The position numbers were made by a program, and so were the translations under genes. The notes beneath the pieces are model-generated. The model was not told the DNA's origin. It did not search any database and saw only the letters and a program-made list of their open reading frames with translations. 64,000 nucleotides of DNA from Giardia intestinalis (lineage: Eukaryota): assembly GCA_000002435.2 (NCBI GenBank), contig CM018792.1; one strand, 5' to 3'. Each line of letters starts with the position of its first letter. Positions within the stretch are counted from its first letter, which is position 1. Positions 31,671 through 42,817 of the stretch are shown here, piece after piece.

Positions 31671-33428
31671 TCACGCCTTCCCTCTACACACGAACCACCA
31701 GCAGAGGAAGCCCACGAGGCCCCCCACGACAGCGACCACAGCCACGGAGATCCCCGCGATGGCCCCCGCGGAGAGCCCGCTCCTGTTGGCGCCAGAGGAC
31801 ACACACTTACCATTGTCTAGACTGAAGCCACTGTTGCACTCCCCACACACACCGTCCACCACACAGCTCTTGCAGTTGGTGTCAGAGCATACTACACACC
31901 CACTGCCATCCTTGTTGGGCTTTTTATCACTGTCACAGGAGGTGCACACAGCGGGGGTCATACCACCATCAGACAGACCTGCTGGGGCTGTACATGCTGA
32001 ACAGCCATCTATTCCCACATATGCCTTAGCAGCACTATCAGTGCCTGTTGATGTGCCTAGGGGGTTACTACATGCCAACACGGACTGCTGAGCATTGGTT
32101 GCCCCCGGAACCAGGAAGTATCTATTGTTGGCTGCTTCTGTACAGACACCCTCCTTACTTGATGTCTTGCACATGAGGCTACCTGGTTCTGTATTAACCT
32201 TGTAACAACCATTCATATACATAAAGTACCCTGTAGTACAAGACTCACAGACATGGTTGTTACAAGTATTACTTTGAGCCTCACTAGCACAGAGACCATC
32301 TATAGGATACTTACTGCTATCCCCACAATAGGAACAGTAATGATGCTCTACTCCATCATTGTCGATCACTATAGCATCGCAGGCCCCTGCTGTCCCACCA
32401 CACGCAGTATCATCTTCACAGGCCTTTGTACATGTGACCCCAGTTGAAGGTTCTCCACTGGGTCTGTAGTTCACCTTGCATTTTGTGCACTTAAATGTGC
32501 CACTATTTGTGCACTCGGCACACCCCTCGATGCCACCTTTGGTTGTGTCACTACATGAGATGCACTCACCAGAGGAGCTATCCTTCAAGAAGTACCCTTG
32601 CTTACATGTCAGGCACTTACTCGGATCTTCCTTCTTGGAGCATGTCGCACAGCCTGGAGCGCACGGATCGCATGTAAAGCCCCCGCTTCTGTTCTCGATG
32701 TATCCCTCCAGGCATTCTGTGCAGGCTGGATTGGCACTCGCTGTCTTCGTGCAAGCCTTACAGCCAGCAATGCCTTTGTTCTTTTGTTCTGAATCCGACG
32801 CTGCGGGATCACTGCACAAACGACACACGTTGTCCTCGGTCATAAAGAGACCGTTATCAGCTCCTTGACACCCGGCGTAGTTCTTCGCCACGCAGGTCGA
32901 GGTTCCATCAAGGGTCGTCCTGGGGATCTTGGTTCCATCATCGCCACACTTACTGCACTTCGGCTTCTTGGTAGTCGAATCAACTTCACACTGGGTACAG
33001 CTGGGATCTATCGTACTACATTCCTTGCACGTTCTGGTAGCTTCGTCAGTATAGTGTGTGCCTGTGCATGAGCCAGCTACGACACAATCAGTCCCCTTCA
33101 GGTACTTCCCCGCTACGCAGAGGGTGCATGCATTCTGACCGGTTCCACTACACGTCTCGCAGTCGGTATGACATTTGACACATGCACCGTTACCATCTTT
33201 ATAGTACCCTGCTTGACACTCTGTACACGTGGCAGCTCCTGGACTACCACTTGGTTCCGTGCACTTGAGGCAGTTAGCCACTCCTTTGTTCTCATTCGCT
33301 CCCGTGGCATCATGGCACAGGATGCACTCCCCACCAGGGGTCACCTTCTCTGCCCTGTTCTGGAATATGTACTGACTATCTGTATTACAAGCAGTGCACA
33401 GTCCATTACTGGCCTTTGTACATATCAC
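31671..33428 (-). CDS. VSP cassette U16 (family D), identical to U21
   Basis: 585 aa identical to U21. Differs from U10 only in the first ~17 aa and a few tail residues. Confidence 0.8.
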   Translation of the reverse strand: MICTKASNGLCTACNTDSQYIFQNRAEKVTPGGECILCHDATGANENKGVANCLKCTEPSGSPGAATCTECQAGYYKDGNGACVKCHTDCETCSGTGQNACTLCVAGKYLKGTDCVVAGSCTGTHYTDEATRTCKECSTIDPSCTQCEVDSTTKKPKCSKCGDDGTKIPRTTLDGTSTCVAKNYAGCQGADNGLFMTEDNVCRLCSDPAASDSEQKNKGIAGCKACTKTASANPACTECLEGYIENRSGGFTCDPCAPGCATCSKKEDPSKCLTCKQGYFLKDSSSGECISCSDTTKGGIEGCAECTNSGTFKCTKCKVNYRPSGEPSTGVTCTKACEDDTACGGTAGACDAIVIDNDGVEHHYCSYCGDSSKYPIDGLCASEAQSNTCNNHVCESCTTGYFMYMNGCYKVNTEPGSLMCKTSSKEGVCTEAANNRYFLVPGATNAQQSVLACSNPLGTSTGTDSAAKAYVGIDGCSACTAPAGLSDGGMTPAVCTSCDSDKKPNKDGSGCVVCSDTNCKSCVVDGVCGECNSGFSLDNGKCVSSGANRSGLSAGAIAGISVAVVAVVGGLVGFLCWWFVCRGKA

Positions 33429-33495
33429 ACTCCACTATCACACTATCACCCTCTATTACCCATTATCACACATTGTATAGCATTCACTACCTAAG

Positions 33496-35229
33496 TCACG
33501 CCTTCCCCCTGCACACGAACCACCAGCAGAGGAAGCCCACGAGGCCCCCCACGACAGCGACCACAGCCACGGAGATCCCCGCGATGGCCCCCGCGGAGAG
33601 CCCGCTCCTGTTGGCGCCAGAGGACACACACTTACCATTGTCTAGACTGAAGCCACTGTTGCACTCCCCACATATATTATCCATCACACAGCTCTTACAA
33701 CCACCCACAGAGCACAGGACACACCCACTGCCGTCCCTGTTGGGCTTCCTATCACTGTCACAGGAGGTACAGACAGCGGGGGTCATACCAGCTGTTGTTA
33801 GAGCTGTCGGGGCTGTGCACTGGGAGCAGCCATCTACCCCCACATATGCCTTAGCAGTATTACCAGTGCCTGTCAGTGTGCCAAGGGGGTTACTACAAGC
33901 CAACACAGACTGATCAGTGTTGGATGCACCAGGCACTACGAAGTACCTATTGTTGGCTGCTTCTGTGCAGATCCCAGTATTACCTGCTGTCTTGCACATG
34001 AAGCTACCAGGAGCCTTCTGAGTGCTATAACAGCCACCCATATATAAGAAATATCCTGTAGTACAAGACTCACAGACATGGTTGTTACAAGTATTACTTT
34101 GAGCCTCACTAGCACAGAGACCATCTATAGGATACTTACTGCTATCCCCACAGTATGAACAATAGTGCTTTGTGGTGCCCTGATCATCTATTATCATGGC
34201 ATCACAGGCGCCAGAGGTACCACCGCAAGCCGTTGTATCCTCGCAGGTCTTTGTACATGTGACCCCAGTTGAAGGGGTACCGTTTTGCTTGTAGTTGGGC
34301 TTACAGGAGTTGCAGGTCAACGAGCCAGAGAAGGTGCACGTTGCACATCCATCGATGCCCCCCTGTGCATTATCACAAGCAACGCACTCACCAGTAGGAC
34401 CACTGCCTTTCATGAAGAATCCAGGCTTGCATTTAGTACACTGATTATTGCCAGTTTGAGTGCAGGTGGCACAATTATCACCACAGGCTGCGCATGTAAC
34501 CGTACCACTACCACTACTGTAGTATCCAGCTAAGCACTCTGAGCAGGTTGGATTGGCACTTGCTGTCTTCGTGCAAGCCTTACAGCCAGCAATGCCTTTG
34601 TTCTTTGGGTCTGATCCGCTGGTATCGCTGCACAAGACACACGCAGCATCACCATCTGCCTTGAAGTGATCAGCATCCTCGCAGCCAGAGCTTATATCGA
34701 CGCATGTCGTGGTGCCATCGATGGCCGTCTTCACCTTCTTATTGTTATTACAGGCGGTGCACTGGGGCTTACTGACAGTCGCATTGTACTTACAGGTAGT
34801 ACATGCTTGATCTATCGTACTGCATTCCTTGCACGTTCCAGACTCTGGGTCTGGATAAACGGTGCTCGTGCATTGATCACTAGTTACGCAAGTCTTATCA
34901 CCCTTCAAGTACTTCCCCTCTGGACACGATGTGCACTGGGCCGCCGATGTCTCACAGGTCAGACAAGTACCATCACACTTGCTACATGCCTGAAAGTCCT
35001 TGTAGTACCCTGCTTGACAGGCAGTACACGTGGCTGCCCCCTTATTACTATCTGACTTGGTGCATGTGGCGCAGTTAGCCACCCCCGTATACCCATCTGC
35101 TCCCGTGGCATCATGACAGAGTATGCACTCCCTTCCCTTCTCTGGTGCTGTAGCAGGGTTCTGGAATACGTACTTGTTATCTGTCTTACAAGCAGTGCAC
35201 AGTCCATTACTGGCTGCTGTGCATATCAC
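33496..35229 (-). CDS. VSP cassette U17 (A N-terminal half + E/B middle + C/D tail)
   Basis: 577 aa. A-type to ...DDQGTTKHYCSYCG, then DSSKYPIDGLCASEAQSNTC...STQKAPGSFMCKTAGNTGICTEAANNRYFVVPGASNTD. Tail CVLCSVGGCKSCVMDNICGECNSGFSLDNGKCVSSGANRSG..CRGKA. Confidence 0.8.
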   Translation of the reverse strand: MICTAASNGLCTACKTDNKYVFQNPATAPEKGRECILCHDATGADGYTGVANCATCTKSDSNKGAATCTACQAGYYKDFQACSKCDGTCLTCETSAAQCTSCPEGKYLKGDKTCVTSDQCTSTVYPDPESGTCKECSTIDQACTTCKYNATVSKPQCTACNNNKKVKTAIDGTTTCVDISSGCEDADHFKADGDAACVLCSDTSGSDPKNKGIAGCKACTKTASANPTCSECLAGYYSSGSGTVTCAACGDNCATCTQTGNNQCTKCKPGFFMKGSGPTGECVACDNAQGGIDGCATCTFSGSLTCNSCKPNYKQNGTPSTGVTCTKTCEDTTACGGTSGACDAMIIDDQGTTKHYCSYCGDSSKYPIDGLCASEAQSNTCNNHVCESCTTGYFLYMGGCYSTQKAPGSFMCKTAGNTGICTEAANNRYFVVPGASNTDQSVLACSNPLGTLTGTGNTAKAYVGVDGCSQCTAPTALTTAGMTPAVCTSCDSDRKPNRDGSGCVLCSVGGCKSCVMDNICGECNSGFSLDNGKCVSSGANRSGLSAGAIAGISVAVVAVVGGLVGFLCWWFVCRGKA

Positions 35230-35265
35230 CCACTATCACACATTGTACAGCATTCACTACCCAAG

Positions 35266-37032
35266 TCACGCCTTCCCCCTGCACACGAACCACCAGCAGA
35301 GGAAGCCCACGAGGCCCCCCACGACAGCGACCACAGCGACGGAGATCCCCGCGATGGCCCCCGTGGAGAGCCCGCTCCTGTTGGTACTCATAGACACACA
35401 GGAGGTCCCACTGCTGTCTAGACTGAAGCCACTGTTGCACTCCCCACACACATCATCCACCACACAGCTCTTGCAATCACCCACAGAGCACAGCACACAC
35501 CCGGTGCCATCCTTGTTGGGCTTCTTATCACTGTCACAGGAGGTGCATGTAGCGGCAGTCATACCACCATCAGACAGAGCTGTTGGGGCCGTGCATGCTG
35601 AGCAGTTGAGTACCCCAACGTATGCCTTAGCATTGTCTTGAGTACCTATTAGTGTGCCTAATGGGTTACCACATGCTAGTACAGACTGCTGAGCATTGGT
35701 TGCCTCTGGGACTACGAAGTATCTATTGTTGGCCGCTTCTGTGCATATCCCAGTATTACCTGCTGTCTTGCACATGAAGCTACCAGGAGCCTTCTGAGTG
35801 CTATAACAGCCACCCATGTATAGGAAGTAGTTGTTGGTGCACTGTGTACATACACCATTAGCACAAGTATTCCCAGCCTTTTGAGCCTCACTAGCACAGA
35901 GACCATCTATAGGAGCTTGTGAACTATCTCCACAATAGGAACAGTAGTGCTTTGTGGTGCCCTGATCATCTATTACGATGGCATCACAAGAGCCAGCTGT
36001 CCCCCCACAAGCCGTGGGGTCCTCGCAGGTCTTCTCTGTGCATGTATAGTTGTCTGAGGTTCCAGCGGGCTTCCTGTTAGGCTTGCACTTTGTGCACTTG
36101 AGAGGTCCTGTAGACTCCTTTGTGCACTCGGCACACCCATCGATGCCCCCCTGTGCATTATCACAAGCAACGCACTCACCAGTAGGACCATTGCCTTTCA
36201 TGAAGAACCCAGGCTTGCATGTATCACACTTATCATTGCCAGTTTGAGTGCAGGTGGCACAGTTAGCACCTGGACAAGCGGTGCATGTAACCGTACCACT
36301 ACCACTACTGTAGTATCCATCGAGGCACTCCGAGCAGGTCGGCGGTGTCGCCGAGTCCTTGGTACACTTCTTACACCCGGCAATGCCCTGGTAATTTGGA
36401 TCGGCTCCAGCTGAAACGGTACTGCATAAAACACATGTTTTGTCCTCCTTCATAAATAGGGCCTCGTCAGCGCCTTTACATCCAGCGTAGTCTTTTGTCA
36501 CGCACGTCGAGGTCCCATCAAGGGCCGTCCTGGGGATCTTACTGTTATCACAAGCTGTGCACTTCGGCTTCTTGGTAGTCGAATCAACCTCACACTGGGT
36601 ACATGCTTGATCTATCGTGTTGCAAGGAAGGCACTTCCCCGACTCCGGGTCAGCATAAGTGTTTCCAGTGCATCCATTATTATTCACGCATGACTTGTCA
36701 GTCTTCAGGTACTTCCCCTCTGGACACGATGTACACTGATTCGGACCACTTCCATCGCAGGTCAGACAAGACTGATCACACTGCATACATACCAGAGAGT
36801 CCTTGTAGTATCCATCTTGGCAGGTATCACACGTGGCAGCCCCTGGACTATTAGCTGGTGCCGTGCACTTGAGGCAATTAGCCACTCCCTTGTTCTCATT
36901 CGCTCCCGTGGCATCATGGCACAGGATGCACTCATTACCAGGGGTCACTGTCGTAGCCTTGTTCTGGAATATGTACTGGTTATCTACCTTACAAGCAGTG
37001 CACACTCCATCACTGGCTGCTGTGCATATCAC
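35266..37032 (-). CDS. VSP cassette U18 (family F N-terminal half + E middle + unique tail)
   Basis: 588 aa. ...CMQCDQSCLTCDGSGPNQCTSC...TACDNSKIPRTALDGTSTCVTKDYAGCKGADEALFMKEDKTCVLC.... Tail ...CVLCSVGDCKSCVVDDVCGECNSGFSLDSSGTSCVSMSTNRSG..CRGKA. Confidence 0.8.
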   Translation of the reverse strand: MICTAASDGVCTACKVDNQYIFQNKATTVTPGNECILCHDATGANENKGVANCLKCTAPANSPGAATCDTCQDGYYKDSLVCMQCDQSCLTCDGSGPNQCTSCPEGKYLKTDKSCVNNNGCTGNTYADPESGKCLPCNTIDQACTQCEVDSTTKKPKCTACDNSKIPRTALDGTSTCVTKDYAGCKGADEALFMKEDKTCVLCSTVSAGADPNYQGIAGCKKCTKDSATPPTCSECLDGYYSSGSGTVTCTACPGANCATCTQTGNDKCDTCKPGFFMKGNGPTGECVACDNAQGGIDGCAECTKESTGPLKCTKCKPNRKPAGTSDNYTCTEKTCEDPTACGGTAGSCDAIVIDDQGTTKHYCSYCGDSSQAPIDGLCASEAQKAGNTCANGVCTQCTNNYFLYMGGCYSTQKAPGSFMCKTAGNTGICTEAANNRYFVVPEATNAQQSVLACGNPLGTLIGTQDNAKAYVGVLNCSACTAPTALSDGGMTAATCTSCDSDKKPNKDGTGCVLCSVGDCKSCVVDDVCGECNSGFSLDSSGTSCVSMSTNRSGLSTGAIAGISVAVVAVVGGLVGFLCWWFVCRGKA

Positions 37033-37099
37033 ACTCCACTATCACACATTATCACACTATCACCTTCTATCACACATTGTACAGCATTCACTACCTAAG

Positions 37100-39070
37100 T
37101 CACGCCTTCCCCCTGCACACGAACCACCAGCAGAGGAAGCCCACGAGGCCCCCCACGACAGCGATGACAGCCACGGAGATCCCTGCTATGGCACCAGTAC
37201 TGAGGCCGCTTCTGTTGCCCCCGCTGGGCTTGGTGGACACGCACGCCTCACCCTCCAGCCTGTAGTCGTCCCCACACTGGCCGCACTTGTTCTCCTCGCT
37301 GCACCTGACGCACCCGTCGATACTGCAGGCGATGCACTGGGAGCCGTCCAGGCTGGGCCTCTGGTCTTTACTGGTACAGCCCTCGCACTTATCGCCTGCT
37401 CCACAGTGCGAACATCCACTAACGGTACATGCGAAGCACCCGCTCCCAGCCAGGTTGGGCTTGTTGTTGCCGCTACACGCTGTGCACGTGGCGGGGGCCA
37501 TGCCAGGAGCCTCTAGCTGTGTCGGGGCTGTACATGCTGAGCAGCCATCTACTCCCACATATGCCTTAGCAGTATCACCAGTGCCTGTCAGTGTGCCTAG
37601 GGGGTTGCTACAAGCCAACACGGACTGATCAGTGTTGGATGCCCCTGGGACCAGGAAGTACTTATTACTTGCTGCCTCTGTGCATATCCCATTACTACTT
37701 GATGCCTTGCACATGAAGCTACCTGGTTCTTGACCAACCTTATAACAGCCTCCCATATATAAGAAGTACCCTTGAGCACACTGTGTACATGTATGACTGT
37801 CACAGGTATTAGTTCCTTTCTTATTATTATCACTAGTACATATACCATCAATAGGGAACTTATTAGCCTCTCCACAGTAAGAACAATAGTGCTTTGTGGT
37901 GCCCTGATCATCTATTATCATGGCATCACAGGCGCCAGAGGTACCACCGCAAGCCGTTGTATCCTCGCAGGTCTTTGTACATGTGACCCCAGTTGAAGGG
38001 GTACCGTTTTGCTTGTAGTTGGGCTTACAGGAGTTGCAGGTCAACGAGCCAGAGAAGGTGCACGTTGCACATCCATCGATGCCCCCCTGTGCATTATCAC
38101 AAGCAACGCACTCACCAGTAGGACCATTGCCTTTCATGAAGAACCCAGGCTTGCATGTATCACACTTATCATTGCCAGTTTGAGTGCAGGTGGCACAGTT
38201 AGCACCTGGACAAGCGGTGCATGTAACCGTACCACTACCACTACTGTAGTATCCATCGAGGCACTCCGAGCAGGTCGGCGGTGTCGCCGAGTCCTTGGTA
38301 CACTTCTTACACCCGGCAATGCCCTGGTAATTTGGATCGGCTCCAGCTGAAACGGTACTGCATAAAACACATGTTTTGTCCTCCTTCATAAATAGGGCCT
38401 CGTCAGCGCCTTTACATCCAGCGTAGTCTTTTGTCACGCACGTCGAGGTCCCATCAAGGGCCGTCCTGGGGATCTTACTGTTATCACAAGCTGTGCACTT
38501 CGGCTTCTTGGTAGTCGAATCAACCTCACACTGGGTACATGCTTGATCTATCGTGTTGCAAGGAAGGCACTTCCCCGACTCCGGGTCAGCATAAGTGTTT
38601 CCAGTGCATCCATTATTATTCACGCATGACTTGTCAGTCTTCAGGTACTTCCCCTCTGGACACGATGTGCAATGATTCGGACCACTTCCATCGCAGGTCA
38701 GACAGGACGGATCACACTTCTCACATGCATCACCCTTCTTAATGTATCCATCTTGGCAGACAGTGCATGTGGCCGGTCCGCTAGTGCCCGTGTGGGAGCA
38801 TTCTGAGCATCCAGCGACTCCCATGACCCCGTTTCTATCTATAGTATCGGAGCACAAGATGCACTCACTACCCTTCTCTGATGGTGTAACTGGGTTCTTG
38901 AACAGGCCGTTAGCTGTATTACAAGCAGTGCACAGTCCTCCCTCAGCCTTTGTGCATATCTCACTGCCAGGGTGTGCATCCTTGTTGTAGCACCCGCCCA
39001 TGAAGAGGAGTCTCATACTATCACTATCACCCCCACACCACATAGCACTATCACTATCACTGTACAGCAT
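37100..39070 (-). CDS. VSP cassette U19 (E start + F block + A block + B-variant tail); E-type extended 5' boundary
   Basis: 656-aa ORF. The first residues LYSDSDS... are spacer read-through. Successive blocks match U12, U18, U1 and U15. Confidence 0.75.
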   Translation of the reverse strand: MLYSDSDSAMWCGGDSDSMRLLFMGGCYNKDAHPGSEICTKAEGGLCTACNTANGLFKNPVTPSEKGSECILCSDTIDRNGVMGVAGCSECSHTGTSGPATCTVCQDGYIKKGDACEKCDPSCLTCDGSGPNHCTSCPEGKYLKTDKSCVNNNGCTGNTYADPESGKCLPCNTIDQACTQCEVDSTTKKPKCTACDNSKIPRTALDGTSTCVTKDYAGCKGADEALFMKEDKTCVLCSTVSAGADPNYQGIAGCKKCTKDSATPPTCSECLDGYYSSGSGTVTCTACPGANCATCTQTGNDKCDTCKPGFFMKGNGPTGECVACDNAQGGIDGCATCTFSGSLTCNSCKPNYKQNGTPSTGVTCTKTCEDTTACGGTSGACDAMIIDDQGTTKHYCSYCGEANKFPIDGICTSDNNKKGTNTCDSHTCTQCAQGYFLYMGGCYKVGQEPGSFMCKASSSNGICTEAASNKYFLVPGASNTDQSVLACSNPLGTLTGTGDTAKAYVGVDGCSACTAPTQLEAPGMAPATCTACSGNNKPNLAGSGCFACTVSGCSHCGAGDKCEGCTSKDQRPSLDGSQCIACSIDGCVRCSEENKCGQCGDDYRLEGEACVSTKPSGGNRSGLSTGAIAGISVAVIAVVGGLVGFLCWWFVCRGKA

Positions 39071-39082
39071 TCACTACCTAAG

Positions 39083-40870
39083 TCACGCCTTCCCCCTGCA
39101 CAGGAACCACCAGCAGAGGAAGCCCACGAGGCCCCCCACGACAGCGACCACGGCGACGGCAATGCCCGCGATGGCGCCCGTGGAGAGCCCGCTCCTGTTG
39201 GTGCTCGTAGACACACAGGAGGTCCCACTGCTGTCAGGGCTGTATCCACTGTTGCACACACAGACAGAGTTATCATCAGTGGAGTTGCTGGGGCAGCCAT
39301 CCACGCATGACTTCCTCCCAGGGCTCACCTTCTTACCACTACTACACACCTCGCACATGTCATCCCTGTTGCAGTGGGAGCATCCACTAATGGCACATGA
39401 GAAGCACCCACTGCCGTCCCTGTTGGGCTTCCTATCACTGTCACAGGAGGTACACACAGCAGCAGCCATACCACCCTCAGTCAGAGCTGTTGGGGCTGTG
39501 CACTGTGAGCAGCCATCCACCCCCACGTATGCCTTAGCAGTATCACCAGTGCCTGTCAGTGTGCCTAGGGGGTTGCTACAAGCCAACACGGACTGATCAG
39601 TGTTGGATGCCCCTGGGACCAGGAAGTACTTATTACTTGCTGCCTCTGTGCATATCCCATTACTACTTGATGCCTTGCACATGAAGCTACCTGGTTCTTG
39701 ACCAACCTTATAACAGCCTCCCATATATAAGAAGTACCCTTGAGCACACTGTGTACATGTATGACTGTTACAAGTATTACCTTTCTTATCAGTAGCACAG
39801 ATGCCATCAATTGGTACCTTAGTACTCTCCCCACAGTATGAGCAATAGTGAAGCTCCTTTCCATCAGCACCGATCACTATGGCATCACAAGAGCCAGCTG
39901 TCCCCCCGCATGCAGTCTCATCTTCACAGGTCTTTGTACACGTATAGTCATCCCCTGCATCTCCATTAAGCTGTTTCTTATAGTTAGGCTTACAGTCAGT
40001 ACATTTGAATCCACCACTGTTAGAGCATGCACTGCACCCATCGCGGCCACCATTTGCTGTATCACTACATGAGATGCACTCACCAGAGGAGCTATCCTTC
40101 AAGAAGTACCCTTGCTTGCAGGTCGTGCATTGGTCTTTTGTATCCTTAGCACAGGTGGCACAGTTCTCACCACAGGCTGTGCATGTAGCGGTATTACCAC
40201 TTGCACTATTGTAATATCCATCGAGGCACTTTGTACATGTAGTTTTAGAGGAGCAGGTATCACAACCTAGAATCCCACCATTTTTAGTATCACCACATGG
40301 AACACAAGCTTTTGGAGATTGTTCAAGGAAGTGCGTATTGCCACTTGTGCACTCTGCCTCCGCAACACACGTCGCTGACCCATCGGGGTTCACCTTAAGA
40401 AGCAGGTTTCCTCCACTATTACACCCAGTGCACACAGGCTTCTGAAGAGTGTCGCTGTATGCACACGTAGCACATTCATTGACACTTGTGTCCGTGCAGG
40501 CCTTGCATTGGCCTGTTTTTGGGTCTGCATACTTACCATTGTCACATTGATTAGCATCCACACACTTGTCAGCCTTCAGGAACTTCCCCTCAACGCAGGC
40601 GGTACACTGAGTCGGAGTATCAGCTGAGCAGGCAGAGCAGCCCTCTCCGCACTTCACACATGCACTGTCCTTCTTAACGAACCCATCTTGACAGGCAGTA
40701 CATGTGACAGGTCCTGCACTCTGTGGTGCCTGACACTGTGCGCAGTTAGCCACCCCCGTATATCCATCTGCTCCCTTGATATCATGACAGAGGATGCACT
40801 CACTACCCTTCTCTGGTGTTGCAGCAGGGTTCTTGAACAGGCCGTTATCTGCCTTACAAGTAGTGCACAC
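39083..40870 (-). CDS. VSP cassette U20 (C N-terminal half + A middle + long C-type tail)
   Basis: 595 aa. C-type to ...TCTKTCEDETACGGTAGSCDAIVIGADGKELHYCSYCGESTKVPIDGICATDKKGNTCNSHTCTQCAQGYFLYMGGCYKVGQEPGSFMCKASSSNGICTEAASNKYF (A-type block), then the U4-type tail. Confidence 0.8.
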   Translation of the reverse strand: MCTTCKADNGLFKNPAATPEKGSECILCHDIKGADGYTGVANCAQCQAPQSAGPVTCTACQDGFVKKDSACVKCGEGCSACSADTPTQCTACVEGKFLKADKCVDANQCDNGKYADPKTGQCKACTDTSVNECATCAYSDTLQKPVCTGCNSGGNLLLKVNPDGSATCVAEAECTSGNTHFLEQSPKACVPCGDTKNGGILGCDTCSSKTTCTKCLDGYYNSASGNTATCTACGENCATCAKDTKDQCTTCKQGYFLKDSSSGECISCSDTANGGRDGCSACSNSGGFKCTDCKPNYKKQLNGDAGDDYTCTKTCEDETACGGTAGSCDAIVIGADGKELHYCSYCGESTKVPIDGICATDKKGNTCNSHTCTQCAQGYFLYMGGCYKVGQEPGSFMCKASSSNGICTEAASNKYFLVPGASNTDQSVLACSNPLGTLTGTGDTAKAYVGVDGCSQCTAPTALTEGGMAAAVCTSCDSDRKPNRDGSGCFSCAISGCSHCNRDDMCEVCSSGKKVSPGRKSCVDGCPSNSTDDNSVCVCNSGYSPDSSGTSCVSTSTNRSGLSTGAIAGIAVAVVAVVGGLVGFLCWWFLCRGKA

Positions 40871-40992
40871 TCCTCCCTCAGCCTTTGTACATATCTCACT
40901 CCACTATCATACTATCACACACTATCACCCATTATCACCCTCTATCACACATTATCACCCATTATCATCACTCATAGCATTCACTACCTAAG

Positions 40993-42750
40993 TCACGCCT
41001 TCCCTCTACACACGAACCACCAGCAGAGGAAGCCCACGAGGCCCCCCACGACAGCGACCACAGCCACGGAGATCCCCGCGATGGCCCCCGCGGAGAGCCC
41101 GCTCCTGTTGGCGCCAGAGGACACACACTTACCATTGTCTAGACTGAAGCCACTGTTGCACTCCCCACACACACCGTCCACCACACAGCTCTTGCAGTTG
41201 GTGTCAGAGCATACTACACACCCACTGCCATCCTTGTTGGGCTTTTTATCACTGTCACAGGAGGTGCACACAGCGGGGGTCATACCACCATCAGACAGAC
41301 CTGCTGGGGCTGTACATGCTGAACAGCCATCTATTCCCACATATGCCTTAGCAGCACTATCAGTGCCTGTTGATGTGCCTAGGGGGTTACTACATGCCAA
41401 CACGGACTGCTGAGCATTGGTTGCCCCCGGAACCAGGAAGTATCTATTGTTGGCTGCTTCTGTACAGACACCCTCCTTACTTGATGTCTTGCACATGAGG
41501 CTACCTGGTTCTGTATTAACCTTGTAACAACCATTCATATACATAAAGTACCCTGTAGTACAAGACTCACAGACATGGTTGTTACAAGTATTACTTTGAG
41601 CCTCACTAGCACAGAGACCATCTATAGGATACTTACTGCTATCCCCACAATAGGAACAGTAATGATGCTCTACTCCATCATTGTCGATCACTATAGCATC
41701 GCAGGCCCCTGCTGTCCCACCACACGCAGTATCATCTTCACAGGCCTTTGTACATGTGACCCCAGTTGAAGGTTCTCCACTGGGTCTGTAGTTCACCTTG
41801 CATTTTGTGCACTTAAATGTGCCACTATTTGTGCACTCGGCACACCCCTCGATGCCACCTTTGGTTGTGTCACTACATGAGATGCACTCACCAGAGGAGC
41901 TATCCTTCAAGAAGTACCCTTGCTTACATGTCAGGCACTTACTCGGATCTTCCTTCTTGGAGCATGTCGCACAGCCTGGAGCGCACGGATCGCATGTAAA
42001 GCCCCCGCTTCTGTTCTCGATGTATCCCTCCAGGCATTCTGTGCAGGCTGGATTGGCACTCGCTGTCTTCGTGCAAGCCTTACAGCCAGCAATGCCTTTG
42101 TTCTTTTGTTCTGAATCCGACGCTGCGGGATCACTGCACAAACGACACACGTTGTCCTCGGTCATAAAGAGACCGTTATCAGCTCCTTGACACCCGGCGT
42201 AGTTCTTCGCCACGCAGGTCGAGGTTCCATCAAGGGTCGTCCTGGGGATCTTGGTTCCATCATCGCCACACTTACTGCACTTCGGCTTCTTGGTAGTCGA
42301 ATCAACTTCACACTGGGTACAGCTGGGATCTATCGTACTACATTCCTTGCACGTTCTGGTAGCTTCGTCAGTATAGTGTGTGCCTGTGCATGAGCCAGCT
42401 ACGACACAATCAGTCCCCTTCAGGTACTTCCCCGCTACGCAGAGGGTGCATGCATTCTGACCGGTTCCACTACACGTCTCGCAGTCGGTATGACATTTGA
42501 CACATGCACCGTTACCATCTTTATAGTACCCTGCTTGACACTCTGTACACGTGGCAGCTCCTGGACTACCACTTGGTTCCGTGCACTTGAGGCAGTTAGC
42601 CACTCCTTTGTTCTCATTCGCTCCCGTGGCATCATGGCACAGGATGCACTCCCCACCAGGGGTCACCTTCTCTGCCCTGTTCTGGAATATGTACTGACTA
42701 TCTGTATTACAAGCAGTGCACAGTCCATTACTGGCCTTTGTACATATCAC
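40993..42750 (-). CDS. VSP cassette U21 (family D), identical to U16
   Basis: 585 aa identical to U16. CRGKA tail. The 67-nt spacer to U22 is identical to the U16/U17 spacer. Confidence 0.8.
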   Translation of the reverse strand: MICTKASNGLCTACNTDSQYIFQNRAEKVTPGGECILCHDATGANENKGVANCLKCTEPSGSPGAATCTECQAGYYKDGNGACVKCHTDCETCSGTGQNACTLCVAGKYLKGTDCVVAGSCTGTHYTDEATRTCKECSTIDPSCTQCEVDSTTKKPKCSKCGDDGTKIPRTTLDGTSTCVAKNYAGCQGADNGLFMTEDNVCRLCSDPAASDSEQKNKGIAGCKACTKTASANPACTECLEGYIENRSGGFTCDPCAPGCATCSKKEDPSKCLTCKQGYFLKDSSSGECISCSDTTKGGIEGCAECTNSGTFKCTKCKVNYRPSGEPSTGVTCTKACEDDTACGGTAGACDAIVIDNDGVEHHYCSYCGDSSKYPIDGLCASEAQSNTCNNHVCESCTTGYFMYMNGCYKVNTEPGSLMCKTSSKEGVCTEAANNRYFLVPGATNAQQSVLACSNPLGTSTGTDSAAKAYVGIDGCSACTAPAGLSDGGMTPAVCTSCDSDKKPNKDGSGCVVCSDTNCKSCVVDGVCGECNSGFSLDNGKCVSSGANRSGLSAGAIAGISVAVVAVVGGLVGFLCWWFVCRGKA

Positions 42751-42817
42751 ACTCCACTATCACACTATCACCCTCTATTACCCATTATCACACATTGTAT
42801 AGCATTCACTACCTAAG

